Positions 13,135 through 21,037 of a DNA stretch of 32,000 nucleotides are shown piece by piece. The position numbers and the translations under genes are program-made. Below the pieces are notes generated by a model that was not told the DNA's origin, searched no databases, and was given only the letters and a program-made list of their open reading frames with translations. The DNA lies in the NCBI GenBank assembly GCA_000090985.2, contig CP001574.1, positions 1,535,344 through 1,567,343 on the forward strand. Reading direction: 5' to 3'. The stretch's first letter is position 1; every line of letters starts with the position of its first letter. Source of the DNA: Micromonas sp. (lineage: Eukaryota).

Positions 13135-15297
13135 TCACCAAACATCCTTCTGGTATCGTCCAGACTCGGCCAGTCGTTTCACGATACCTTCTGCTTCGTG
13201 TGCAGCATATCCACCTAAATTCATCAAAATCACATGGAGTGCGCGGTGGACATCCCTTGCCATCCCTTTTGCATCTCCGCATACATATATTCTGCCCTTG
13301 TTAGCTCCGATTGTGCCCTTCATGATACCATGTAAATCCTTCGCCACACTTGCAAGTTTGTCTTGAACATACACTTTGTGTGAAGAATTGGATCGGCTGA
13401 ATGCAACTTGCAGGACTGAAATAACATTTTTCTGAAGAGCGCCTTCCATTTCATCTCTGTAGATAAAATCTTGATCCTCGTGCCGACAACCAAAAAACAA
13501 GTACGCGGGACCAAGAGTATTTCCTGCTCTTAAAAGTGCTTCTCGCTCTTGCAGAAATCCCCTAAACGGTGCAAATCCTGTTCCCGGGCCAATCATGACG
13601 ATTGGCGCGATCGGATCTCGAGGGAGTTTGAACGTACTCGAGCGAACAAACAACGGAACGCGCGTTTCCTTCATCGCTGAGTTCACAACATCAGTTTTAT
13701 TGGCGCGGGAAACAAACCTTGCGAGGTATGATGATGCAACCCCTTCATGAAGTCGCCCAGTAGGCGTTGTTGTTGATACTACTGCAACAGTTGCTGATAC
13801 AACATTGGATTTGCATCGTGGGCTAGAAGATATTGAATAGTATCGAGGTGATAGGCGTGGACCGATAGCTCCAAAAAACAATCCGAGGGGTGGGACTGCA
13901 GATGGAAATGACTCAAGAACTTCAAGCAAACTGCGCTTCGGAGACCCTATGAACGCTTCATATTCATTTTTCCCATCTGTTGATGCAAGACGTTTGAGAC
14001 GCTCACATTCGACCTTATCAGTCGATACTGATGCAAGCGCTTCTAAAGCTCCTTTCCGAGGTGGACTGAGGAGGTCAGTGTATTTGGCAAGAGCAGTGGC
14101 TAAAGTACACGGACTCGAAAATGGCTGTGGAAGAGACACGGGGCTTCCCTCCGGGACACTTAGACTGAATGAGTGGTCGAGGGGGAGGTGCAAACACGCA
14201 GCTGCCCGCTGAATCACCGCCAGAGAGTTTTCTGCAAACACACCAAGATGATCCCCAGGCTGGTATGTTATACCTGAATCGCTAATATCGAATTCAATGT
14301 GAACACAACTTCGAGTCGAAGTTACATTATGAAGCTCGCGTGCGAGGATTACGGAAGCTGCAAAGGGTGATTGTTGAGTGGCGAATCCGTCCCTTGGACA
14401 TTTTGACATTGCATCTCTTGTTCGCTTCTCTGCCTCTAGAGCATTTTCATGTGAAACTGTTGATACACAGTACGCTGGATTGATGCTCACTTGGTCTATG
14501 CCATCGTTGGCATGAATACCGTATGTATCTTCGATTGAAGCCCAAAGTGCCTCTTTCCATCGCCGAAAATCTCCTTCAAGGTCATAGTCATCATCGCCGA
14601 GATGGAGTTTCATTAGCCGCGCTGCTCCCAGAGATTTCAATGAATGATCAACGCATTTTCCGGCAGCGTTAAATTGCTCGTACGAGCTGTTTCCTAGTCC
14701 AAAAACACAGAATGTGAGTCCCTTAAGAAGTTCCGGAAGGCGGCCATCGTCAGCTTGATCACGGAGCCAATGGATGAACTCAAGGGAAGAATCTGTGGGC
14801 TCCCCGTCCCCGTATGTAGACTGGAGAAAGATTGCAAGGGGCTCGTGCCCTCGAGTAAAAATCACCTCCGCCCTCTCTGTGGTCACTTGCTCGAGGTCCA
14901 TCAGCCGCACGTGCACTTGTTTGCCATATCTGTGAAGAGTTGCTTCTTCTAGTTCACGAGCCAATCTCGCTGATGTCCCTGTTTGGGTTCCATAGTATAC
15001 CGCGACACGCAACTTGGCCTCAGGTGATCGCGCGGTGGCAACGTCATCACTTGGGGATCGCCTAGGGGGGTTCGAGTGTTTCCTTCGCCTCCGATCTGTT
15101 TTCAGGAAGAGGAGGATCAAGGAAGACACGATAAACAGAAAGGACGACGCGATCGTAATGAAATCAGAGAGTGTCGGCGGTAGAAACATTGAATGGACCA
15201 TCGGGGTTTTGGGTGGGTGCGCGATTGTTTGCAGCACTTGTGGCGCGCCGCGTCTAACGCGGGCATCTGTCAAGTGTGCTTCTGCTGGTTTCTTCAT
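13135..15297 (-). CDS. CPR: NADPH-cytochrome P450 reductase (CPR), single exon
   Basis: There is an N-terminal membrane anchor (FITIASSFLFIVSSLILLFL). FMN domain: VAVYYGTQTGTSARLA and FCVFGLGNSSYEQFNAAGK. FAD motif: RYYSISSSP. NADPH domain: VMIGPGTGFAPFRGFLQ, YLFFGCRHEDQDFIYRDE and IYVCGDAKGMARDV. The C-terminus is ..GRYQKDVW. The track ORF starts at a GTG (15312), and the first ATG is at 15297. Confidence 0.9.
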   Translation of the reverse strand: MKKPAEAHLTDARVRRGAPQVLQTIAHPPKTPMVHSMFLPPTLSDFITIASSFLFIVSSLILLFLKTDRRRRKHSNPPRRSPSDDVATARSPEAKLRVAVYYGTQTGTSARLARELEEATLHRYGKQVHVRLMDLEQVTTERAEVIFTRGHEPLAIFLQSTYGDGEPTDSSLEFIHWLRDQADDGRLPELLKGLTFCVFGLGNSSYEQFNAAGKCVDHSLKSLGAARLMKLHLGDDDYDLEGDFRRWKEALWASIEDTYGIHANDGIDQVSINPAYCVSTVSHENALEAEKRTRDAMSKCPRDGFATQQSPFAASVILARELHNVTSTRSCVHIEFDISDSGITYQPGDHLGVFAENSLAVIQRAAACLHLPLDHSFSLSVPEGSPVSLPQPFSSPCTLATALAKYTDLLSPPRKGALEALASVSTDKVECERLKRLASTDGKNEYEAFIGSPKRSLLEVLESFPSAVPPLGLFFGAIGPRLSPRYYSISSSPRCKSNVVSATVAVVSTTTPTGRLHEGVASSYLARFVSRANKTDVVNSAMKETRVPLFVRSSTFKLPRDPIAPIVMIGPGTGFAPFRGFLQEREALLRAGNTLGPAYLFFGCRHEDQDFIYRDEMEGALQKNVISVLQVAFSRSNSSHKVYVQDKLASVAKDLHGIMKGTIGANKGRIYVCGDAKGMARDVHRALHVILMNLGGYAAHEAEGIVKRLAESGRYQKDVW

Positions 15298-15416
15298 AAA
15301 ACTTCGTACCACTATCTAGATGCACGAATTATGGCTATGGCTAACCATAATAATTCACTGCTGCTATCTAATTATCTATCTACATACTGAGCTACTATCC
15401 GTATCTATAAATATCT

Positions 15417-15972
15417 ATAGACCATATTCCCTATATCGTTGACTTTCGGTCGGCAGGGTGGTTACCATACGATCACCGGTCGGTTGCAAATACAGACACG
15501 CGCTTCGAGCCAAACATTTTGGGTCGCGCGTGTTTTTTTTCCGTATGGCGCCCAGTGTGGACGGCGAGCGCGCTACATAACTGGCAAATACGCTACTCGG
15601 CGCCAAAGACGGAGGACGCCATCATCAACAGCGCGCCTTGGTGTTGACGAGTTTGCGTCGTCAGATACGATGTTGCGGCTTAGCTACGACAATATCATGG
15701 TTTTACGAGTTAATAGACCGTCAACTCGCCAATGAAACCGTAGCTCAGGCGCAACGTCGCATCGTGCGACGCAAACTCGTCAACACCAATGCGCGCTCCT
15801 GACGATGTCGTCCTCCATCTTTGGCGCCGAACAGCGTATTGGTGAGCCGCTCAGCGCGCTCGCCGTCCTGACTGGGCGCCATAGGGAAAAAAAACACGCG
15901 CGACCCAATTTTAGTCAAAAGTCAACGAGTCAACGAAATCAACGAGTCAACGATATAGGGAATATGGTCTAT
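15417..15972. mobile_element. Foldback-type inverted-repeat element (556 bp), either a long hairpin locus or a non-autonomous transposon
   Basis: A perfect 27-bp terminal inverted repeat is present: ATAGACCATATTCCCTATATCGTTGAC (15417-15443) and its reverse complement (15946-15972). Inner arms 15517-15660 and 15767-15912 are reverse complements at about 86% identity by hand alignment. The loop is ~106 bp. GTCAACGA is reiterated four times at 15921-15953. There is no credible ORF. Confidence 0.8.
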
Positions 15973-16125
15973 TACCTTCGTAATAAATAATAGATAGCTA
16001 AAACCTTAGATAGCACTAGGATCAGGAAACCGAAGTTGTCGGACTCTCGGACGATCATTATTTTTCAATCGATGCGACCCTTCTGGCTTGTTCACAAATA
16101 AAGGTGACGGCTATCATAGCTACTA

Positions 16126-16754
16126 CGAAGGTATATTAAATACTACCTTCGTTCGTAGTATTTAGATGTTAAATATTACGAAGGTATGGAATACGAAGGC
16201 ATATATTATTATAACTTTATTATACCTTCGAAGGTATAATACCTTCGAAGGTACTAAACTATAATGTGTGGACAGCTTAATAATAAACTTTTACGAAGGT
16301 ATTCTGAATTTCATTATGGGTGAGGCACTTTTATATATGCTTATTACACCATAAGAACATATTTATTATACTTTTATTATATTATGATATACGATACAAT
16401 TATTTAAGTATTATTTATCTTCGTATAATATTATCTATTATGATCATTTGATAGAACATAGAATATATGATCATATCATAAGCACATTATCATATCGTTT
16501 ATGTTCTCACATACGTAAATATGACTTAAATATGTAAGCGGGTTATCATTATCTTTATGATATTGAATTAATAACGAAAAAAGTGCCTCATCACCCTAAT
16601 AATGAAATTCAGAATACCTTCGTAACACTTACCTTCATTATCCTTCATTCATAGTTCTCATAAAATGTGACATGATAGCAGATAGCTAGCTAGCGTGAAA
16701 TATGATATGGTATCATAGTTCGAAATCATATTATTCAAAATACCTTCGAAGGTA
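16126..16754. repeat. AT-rich island with clustered TACCTTCG/CGAAGGTA motifs. It contains the MITE and ends 118 bp upstream of the tRNA.
   Basis: Exact 8-mers start at 16126, 16144, 16179, 16223/16229, 16240/16246 (two palindromes only 3 bp apart), 16294, 16615 and 16741/16747 (a palindrome). Confidence 0.85.
16292..16624. mobile_element. MITE-like element (~333 bp) with ~41-46-bp terminal inverted repeats
   Basis: The left end is TACGAAGGTATTCTGAATTTCATTATGGGTGAGGCACTTTT (16292-16332). The reverse complement of the right end (16577-16624) is TACGAAGGTATTCTGAATTTCATTATTAGGGTGATGAGGCACTTTT. The first 26 nt are identical, followed by two small indels. The interior is AT-rich with no ORF. If the element proper is CGAAGG...CCTTCG (16294-16622), it is flanked by TA/TA, a possible Tc1/mariner-Stowaway-type target duplication. 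Confidence 0.7.
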
Positions 16755-16871
16755 AGATTCAAAAGAAACCACGACGAAGACATATTTTTTAGCCGGTTCA
16801 TAACAATATCATTCCCGAGAAAGGATGCCGAGCGTTACGTCCCTCCTTGATGCGTTTGTCAGTCGGGAACA

Positions 16872-16994
16872 GGCTGAATGTCCGAGCGGTCTAAGGAGCG
16901 CGACTCAAGGCCGAATAAAAAAGCCTTCCACAAAAATTGTGTGAGATCATTCGCGTGTGCTATGCACTCGTGGGTTCGAACCCCACTTCAGCCA
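16872..16994 (+). tRNA. trnL-CAA: tRNA-Leu (anticodon CAA) with a ~40-nt intron
   Basis: The acceptor stem GGCTGAA (16872-16878) pairs with TTCAGCC (16987-16993), and the discriminator is A16994. The D stem is 3 bp (TCC/GGA) with loop GAGCGGTCTAA. The anticodon stem is CGCGA/TCGCG and the loop is CT-CAA-G (anticodon at 16906-16908). The intron (16910..16949) lies immediately 3' of position 37. A long variable arm (GTGC-TAT-GCAC) marks a class II tRNA. The T arm is GTGGG-TTCGAAC-CCCAC. Confidence 0.85.
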
Positions 16995-16999
16995 AAATA

Positions 17000-17007
17000 T
17001 TTTATTT
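17000..17007 (+). terminator. Pol III T-run terminator candidate for tRNA-Leu
   Basis: TTTTATTT begins 6 nt after the tRNA 3' end. Confidence 0.5.
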
Positions 17008-17053
17008 GCTTCCTTCGTACGAATGAGATACCGTGCACGATATGACAAGACTG

Positions 17054-17692
17054 TACCTTCGTACCTCTTACAAATATTTACCTTCAAGTGAGCAAACGCA
17101 CATCATCGCTAAACCACCATTGACGAGTTAAAAATGAAAGATGTTCACGATGTATGGAACGAATAGACCGTGATTCCTGATTGACGATACCAGGTGACTG
17201 TTACAATGTATGGAACGAATAGACCGTGGCTCCTGCTGGTTGACGATACCAGTTCTGTGTGACATTTTTGCAAGTTGTTTCCCGAATCAGATATGCCGAA
17301 TTGACTTGACATGAGATTCCGAACCTGCGAAGGGAGCATTTTTTGGTTGCACCTTCGTTCACACCAGAAAGATCAGCGATGCCGATTAAAATTGCAAAAT
17401 GTCCGCTACTAGAATGGATACTGCTGTTTCGTTATTCAATATCCGAAGTCCAATTCACTTCATTCACACATATCAGTATCAATCGTTGACATTTTTCACT
17501 AATAAGAATTGATGAGCGCTTCATCACAGCAGTGCTACCTTATTTTTACCTTCGAAGGTAATATATTACTTCGTGTCATTTTTTTTCCCGTTGATTCGTG
17601 AACCGTTAGATAGAAAACGAATTGAGGATGAATGTTTACTCGATCGTACGGATACGTGAGGGCATCTAATATAAATAATAAATACGAAGGTA
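17054..17692. repeat. Sparser continuation of the TACCTTCG/CGAAGGTA motif field
   Basis: Exact 8-mers start at 17054, 17547/17553 (the palindrome at 17547-17560) and 17685. ACCTTCG cores occur near 17351 and 17694. Confidence 0.7.
17149..17264. repeat. Tandem duplication of a ~57-59-bp unit
   Basis: Unit 1 (17149-17205) is GATGTATGGAACGAATAGACCGTGATTCCTGATTGACGATACCAGGTGACTGTTACA. Unit 2 (17206-17264) is ATGTATGGAACGAATAGACCGTGGCTCCTGCTGGTTGACGATACCAGTTCTGTGTGACA. Confidence 0.8.
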
Positions 17693-18083
17693 CACCTTCG
17701 TACACACTATCATACTGGACTCGCATATTTAATTCAGTTTTAATTCCATATGTGAGTTAATATCGTCGTCAAGGAAGAGACTGTTTGCCTGTGCTAGCCA
17801 AGTGCGAGAATCGGGACAAATACAACGCCCACAGGTAGATGGTGACAAAATCCACCGTAATATCCCGAAAATCGGGAATCGTGTTAGAGCGCACAGGTGA
17901 CTAGTCAGGTCCGGATTGAAAATGAAACGTCCCTGACTGTTTGCCACATCCCTCGGCTACAAATAGCCGGCTACAATCGAAATGCCCCGAGGGGCGGGTG
18001 CTGGGCTGCCCAGTCACCAGTCGCTGTCAGTTTTCTCGGAACGCTCGACCACCAGGACGTCATAACTCGTATCGCCGTGCGCC

Positions 18084-18626
18084 ATGAACACCATGTGGCG
18101 CCCGGCCTTGTTGAACAGGGACGCCATCGTCGCTAAGGAAGAGCCCGACGACCACCACCACAACCCCTCCGCCGTCAACGTAGAACCTCCCGCGGACGAC
18201 CATGGGGAAGACGAAAAGACGGAGGATCTCGCAGGGAAGATGTCGACGATTTGGCGACCCAACCTCGGCCGGCTGTACGCCAGCGTCGCCGAGATGGAGG
18301 TATCGGAGAGCGAAGAGGAGGAGAAGGATGCGACGAAGAAGGGCGTGAAGCGGAAGAGAGGCCCTCGCCCGAAGGGGCCATGCGAGCACGGGTCGAAGTG
18401 CAAGGTGTGCGGTGCTTGTCCGCACGGTCGTCAGCGCTCTCGGTGCCAGGAGTGCGGTGGGTCTCAAATCTGCGAGCACGGTCGTCACCGCTTCAGCTGC
18501 AAGGAGTGCGGTGGTGCATCAATCTGCGAGCACGGTCGTCACCGCCATAGGTGCAAGGAGTGCGGCGGGTCTCAGATCTGCGAGCGCGGCCGTCGGCGCT
18601 CTCGGTGCAAGGAGTGCAAGAAATAG
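18084..18626 (+). CDS. Small GC-rich protein (180 aa) with an acidic N-terminal half, a basic KRKRGPRPK patch and tandem C-x2-C-x5-C-x-H zinc-knuckle-like repeats
   Basis: The ORF has strongly GC-biased third positions. The C-terminal half reads CEHGSKCKVCGA-CPHGRQRSRCQECGGSQI-CEHGRHRFSCKECGGASI-CEHGRHRHRCKECGGSQI-CERGRRRSRCKECKK*. From memory, similar CEHGRxRxxCKECGG repeat proteins are common in stramenopile and other protist genomes. I cannot name a curated family. Confidence 0.65.
   Translation: MNTMWRPALLNRDAIVAKEEPDDHHHNPSAVNVEPPADDHGEDEKTEDLAGKMSTIWRPNLGRLYASVAEMEVSESEEEEKDATKKGVKRKRGPRPKGPCEHGSKCKVCGACPHGRQRSRCQECGGSQICEHGRHRFSCKECGGASICEHGRHRHRCKECGGSQICERGRRRSRCKECKK
18381..18623 (+). 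repeat. In-frame 54-nt (18-aa) tandem coding repeats, about 4.5 units
   Basis: Units start at 18417, 18471, 18525 and 18579, each with TG(T/C)..CACGGTCGTC..TGCAAGGAGTGCGG. A shortened unit precedes them at 18381-18416. Confidence 0.85.
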
Positions 18627-18668
18627 CTCAACTCAAGCTGCGGCTGATTCGACGTCCTAATCGACAAA

Positions 18669-18899
18669 CTAAAGACCTCCAGGGCTCTCCCCGCGCTTCA
18701 GGTCCTCGCGGTGTTTTCCCAACATCTCCCCGACCTCCGCCTTGACGGCGTCGTCCCACGACTCCTCCATCTGGCGCAGCCGATCGGCGATCGCCAGCGC
18801 GTGTCCGCACACGCGATCGCGAACAAAGTCCGTCACCGCCGCCGTCTTGAGCGCGCCGAACCCGTCCCGGTCCAAACGCGCGTCCACAGCTGTGTCCAT
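18669..18899 (-). CDS. Hypothetical 76-aa protein, convergent with the Cys/His-repeat gene
   Basis: This is an ATG-initiated ORF (MDTAVDARLDRDGFGALKTAAVTDFVRDRVCGHALAIADRLRQMEESWDDAVKAEVGEMLGKHREDLKRGESPGGL) with GC3-rich, non-repetitive, helix-like sequence. A CCAAT-like AGCCAATGAC sits just upstream. High GC content also produces many spurious ORFs here. Confidence 0.3.
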   Translation of the reverse strand: MDTAVDARLDRDGFGALKTAAVTDFVRDRVCGHALAIADRLRQMEESWDDAVKAEVGEMLGKHREDLKRGESPGGL

Positions 18900-19073
18900 A
18901 TCTCATCGGTCATTGGCTATGCCGACATTCCCGGGGACGGACCCTGTCAAATCACTAAATTTCCTATCCCGCCCTCGGCAGCCCTCGCTTCTGCCCGAGC
19001 TGCGTGTTGGTTGGCTGCGAAAGTATGTGAGATGGCACGTATGGTTCGCTCGCCCGCACCTGAACAACCGCTC

Positions 19074-19382
19074 TCAATGCGAAGGTTGTAGATGGCTTGT
19101 CGTGTGTTTTTGTTTCACGTCGTGCCATGTGTTTCGAAGCAACTCCAAATTAACACTTAAACGCATGTGTTTCATCCAGAGATCCGGGACATCCGCGTTG
19201 GCAACAATACCACGAGCTTGACCGTCGTCAGGTGCACATTCCATGCGAACGCCCATCCCTGAAGTTGCTGATCTTGTCTGGCTGTGAATTTCCAGGATTT
19301 CGCGGTGAGCTAGCTGCTCTCGCGTGGAAGATTCGGTACTGAACTTATCTTTCGCTGCGCAAATCTTTGCTTTCATGGACTC
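19074..19382 (-). CDS. Candidate terminal exon of the giant membrane-protein gene (hydrophilic tail), or a separate small gene
   Basis: The acceptor TTTACATAG|GAG at 19383/19382 is in frame with the ORF ..ESMKAKICAAKDKFSTESSTREQLAHREILEIH... It can join the phase-0 donor AGG|GTATTG at 19549/19548. Inferred only. Confidence 0.25.
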   Translation of the reverse strand, partial: ESMKAKICAAKDKFSTESSTREQLAHREILEIHSQTRSATSGMGVRMECAPDDGQARGIVANADVPDLWMKHMRLSVNLELLRNTWHDVKQKHTTSHLQPSH

Positions 19383-19548
19383 CTATGTAAAGGGTTCGTT
19401 TCCAAGAACAAAGACGATTAGCTTGTCTTAGAGGCCGTGACATGATTGATAAATATTTTCGACGATCATTCGACGATCATTTCCATAGGAAACGGCACGT
19501 AATGAGAAAAGTAAAGTCAAAAGACAGCTGGAAAAACAGTCCCAATAC

Positions 19549-19782
19549 CCTTAGCATATCTTTTGTGAGGGAGCCTAAAAACCTCCAAGTCAAGCCAGCA
19601 TTTAAACTTAGCTGCAGTAGAAATACGACTGCATCGAAATGCTGAGAAGTGTGATCCGATCCACTTATTTTAAAGATGCCCAGGTGCAACATGAACGCAA
19701 GAACAAAGAGGGAAAACGTTTCCAGTGCCTGCTGCACGTCTGAAGCAAAAGGTTCATATGTAAGGTGAATGATGGTCGCTAC
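19549..19782 (-). CDS. Candidate exon of the giant gene, encoding hydrophobic helices
   Basis: The acceptor GTCACAG|GTA (19783/19782) opens VATIIHLTYEPFASDVQQALETFSLFVLAFMLHLGIFKISGSDHTSQHFDAVVFLLQLSLNAGLTWRFLGSLTKDMLR. This 78-codon exon runs phase 0 to phase 0. Linkage to the upstream exon is uncertain (see findings). Confidence 0.3.
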
Positions 19783-19971
19783 CTGTGACACGGGGATAGT
19801 TGTCAAATGTTAGCAGGATCGATTGGATTGGCATTCCCTCTCGATGCGTGTTCGATAATCAATTCCGTGCATTTGATGAATTCTGGACAACAAACTGGTG
19901 GGGCCACAGTCACAAATGATTGATTAACCAAAATATTATGGGAGAATAGTTATCAACGCAAGTTCCCTTAC

Positions 19972-20038
19972 CCTGAACGATGCAGAGAGATACATGGGCT
20001 GCCATCAGGGGTCGATCTTGCAATATGATCGTTACAAT
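19972..20038 (-). CDS. Candidate small exon of the giant gene
   Basis: The 77-nt intron ATG|GTGCGT..(TACTCAAC)..GGCTCAG|ATT joins frame A to the frame encoding IVTIILQDRPLMAAHVSLCIVQ. The exon ends at a strong donor, CAGG|GTAAGG (19972/19971). Confidence 0.35.
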
Positions 20039-20115
20039 CTGAGCCAAAGGTTTGATGCTGATGTTGACAAATTTATCGAGGAGAATGTCAAACGGTTGAG
20101 TAAGTGGACACGCAC

Positions 20116-20882
20116 CATAAGGGACAACTTTCGGGCCATCAACATAAAATCCCACCAATAATATACGGGATGGAAACCTTGAAATAAGTAGCCGAGCCTA
20201 ATTTTCACCGATTGCCAATGCAAACGATCGTTATGACTTCGCATATGCCAAAATACGAGGCAGAGTGGAATGCAGAGATATACAACAGAGAACACTCCGG
20301 CGCCTAGAAGCCAGGCACGATGCAATTTAGTTTCAGCACTCAAGCTCAAGTCGGCAAGCAAATATGTGCCAGTATCAACGAAATTCCGCGTTCGTATGAG
20401 CTGGACAAGGTGTTTGATAATGATAATCCATGAAAAACGGAACATTATCAAAGCAAAACAAATGGTCATGTCATAGGCAGTGGCGGACATTTTAGAAATC
20501 TGATCCTCTGTTGGTCCAAGGACAGCATTCCCGTATTCATCTTCCCATCGCTCATCCATACGACTAAGAAGCGCATCTCTGCCACGACCGAGCTCAAAGA
20601 AATTTGGCGCAGTTTTCAACTCGTGGAGTGATTGTTGGAGCACCGAAGTGTCGTTACCCTTTCTTCGTTCAGAGGTGATATTTTCCTCGATCTCCGTTAT
20701 CTTCTTGTAAAATTCACACCTCCTTTGCCAAACATCACGGGCAAGAAAGGTTGAGTAGCAAAAAAAGGATAAAAGAAGTATCATCCCGGGCAAGCTCATG
20801 TAATATGCGACATAGTGGTAGTGATTCCAGTGCAGTAAACAGTCCGTCTCAAACGAACGGACGGATGGAGTTGATAGTTTAT
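20116..20882 (-). CDS. Giant gene, multi-pass membrane exon
   Basis: The acceptor AAATTGCAG|AT (20883/20882) opens ..KLSTPSVRSFETDCLLHWNHYHYVAYYMSLPGMILLLSFFCYSTFLA.. Hydrophobic segments follow: MTICFALIMFRFSWIIII, AWLLGAGVFSVVYLCIPLCLVFW and ..GYLFQGFHPVYYWWDFMLMARKLSLM. It joins the phase-1 donor GAAT|GTCAGC at 21038/21037. Confidence 0.55.
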
Positions 20883-21037
20883 CTGCAATTTGGAAGAGAA
20901 AATATTGCGCATCAGACCAATCTAAGTCAATGTTCTTGAGGATGGCCTGTCGTAATGGTCAAGCAGAAAGCGAATGATGAAGCGAATTCATGTGACAAAG
21001 AGAAAACAAGGAAAGCTCTTGGGGTAAATATGCTGAC

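Noticed and set aside
15439-15990. 98-aa and 61-aa ORFs across the foldback element
   Set aside because: They run through the two arms of an inverted repeat and are Arg-rich. The arm structure explains the sequence better than coding does.
16223-16253. TTCGAA-centred palindromes as heat-shock elements
   Set aside because: HSEs need nGAAnnTTCn units with a 2-nt spacing. Here TTC and GAA abut directly (TTCGAA), so the geometry does not fit.
18381-18623. Assigning the Cys/His repeats to the brown-algal/viral EsV-1-7 repeat family
   Set aside because: The ligand spacing here (C-x2-C-x5-C-x-H, 18-aa period) does not match my recollection of that motif. The family is left unassigned.
18014-19221. 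Seven overlapping ORFs in several frames and on both strands (for example 18060..18488 -, 18251..18550 +, 18412..18660 +, 18628..18906 -, 18742..19221 +)
   Set aside because: High GC suppresses stop codons in all frames. The translations are Arg/Ala/Ser/Gly-rich and low in complexity. Only 18084..18626 (an ordered Cys/His repeat) and, tentatively, 18669..18899 look protein-like.
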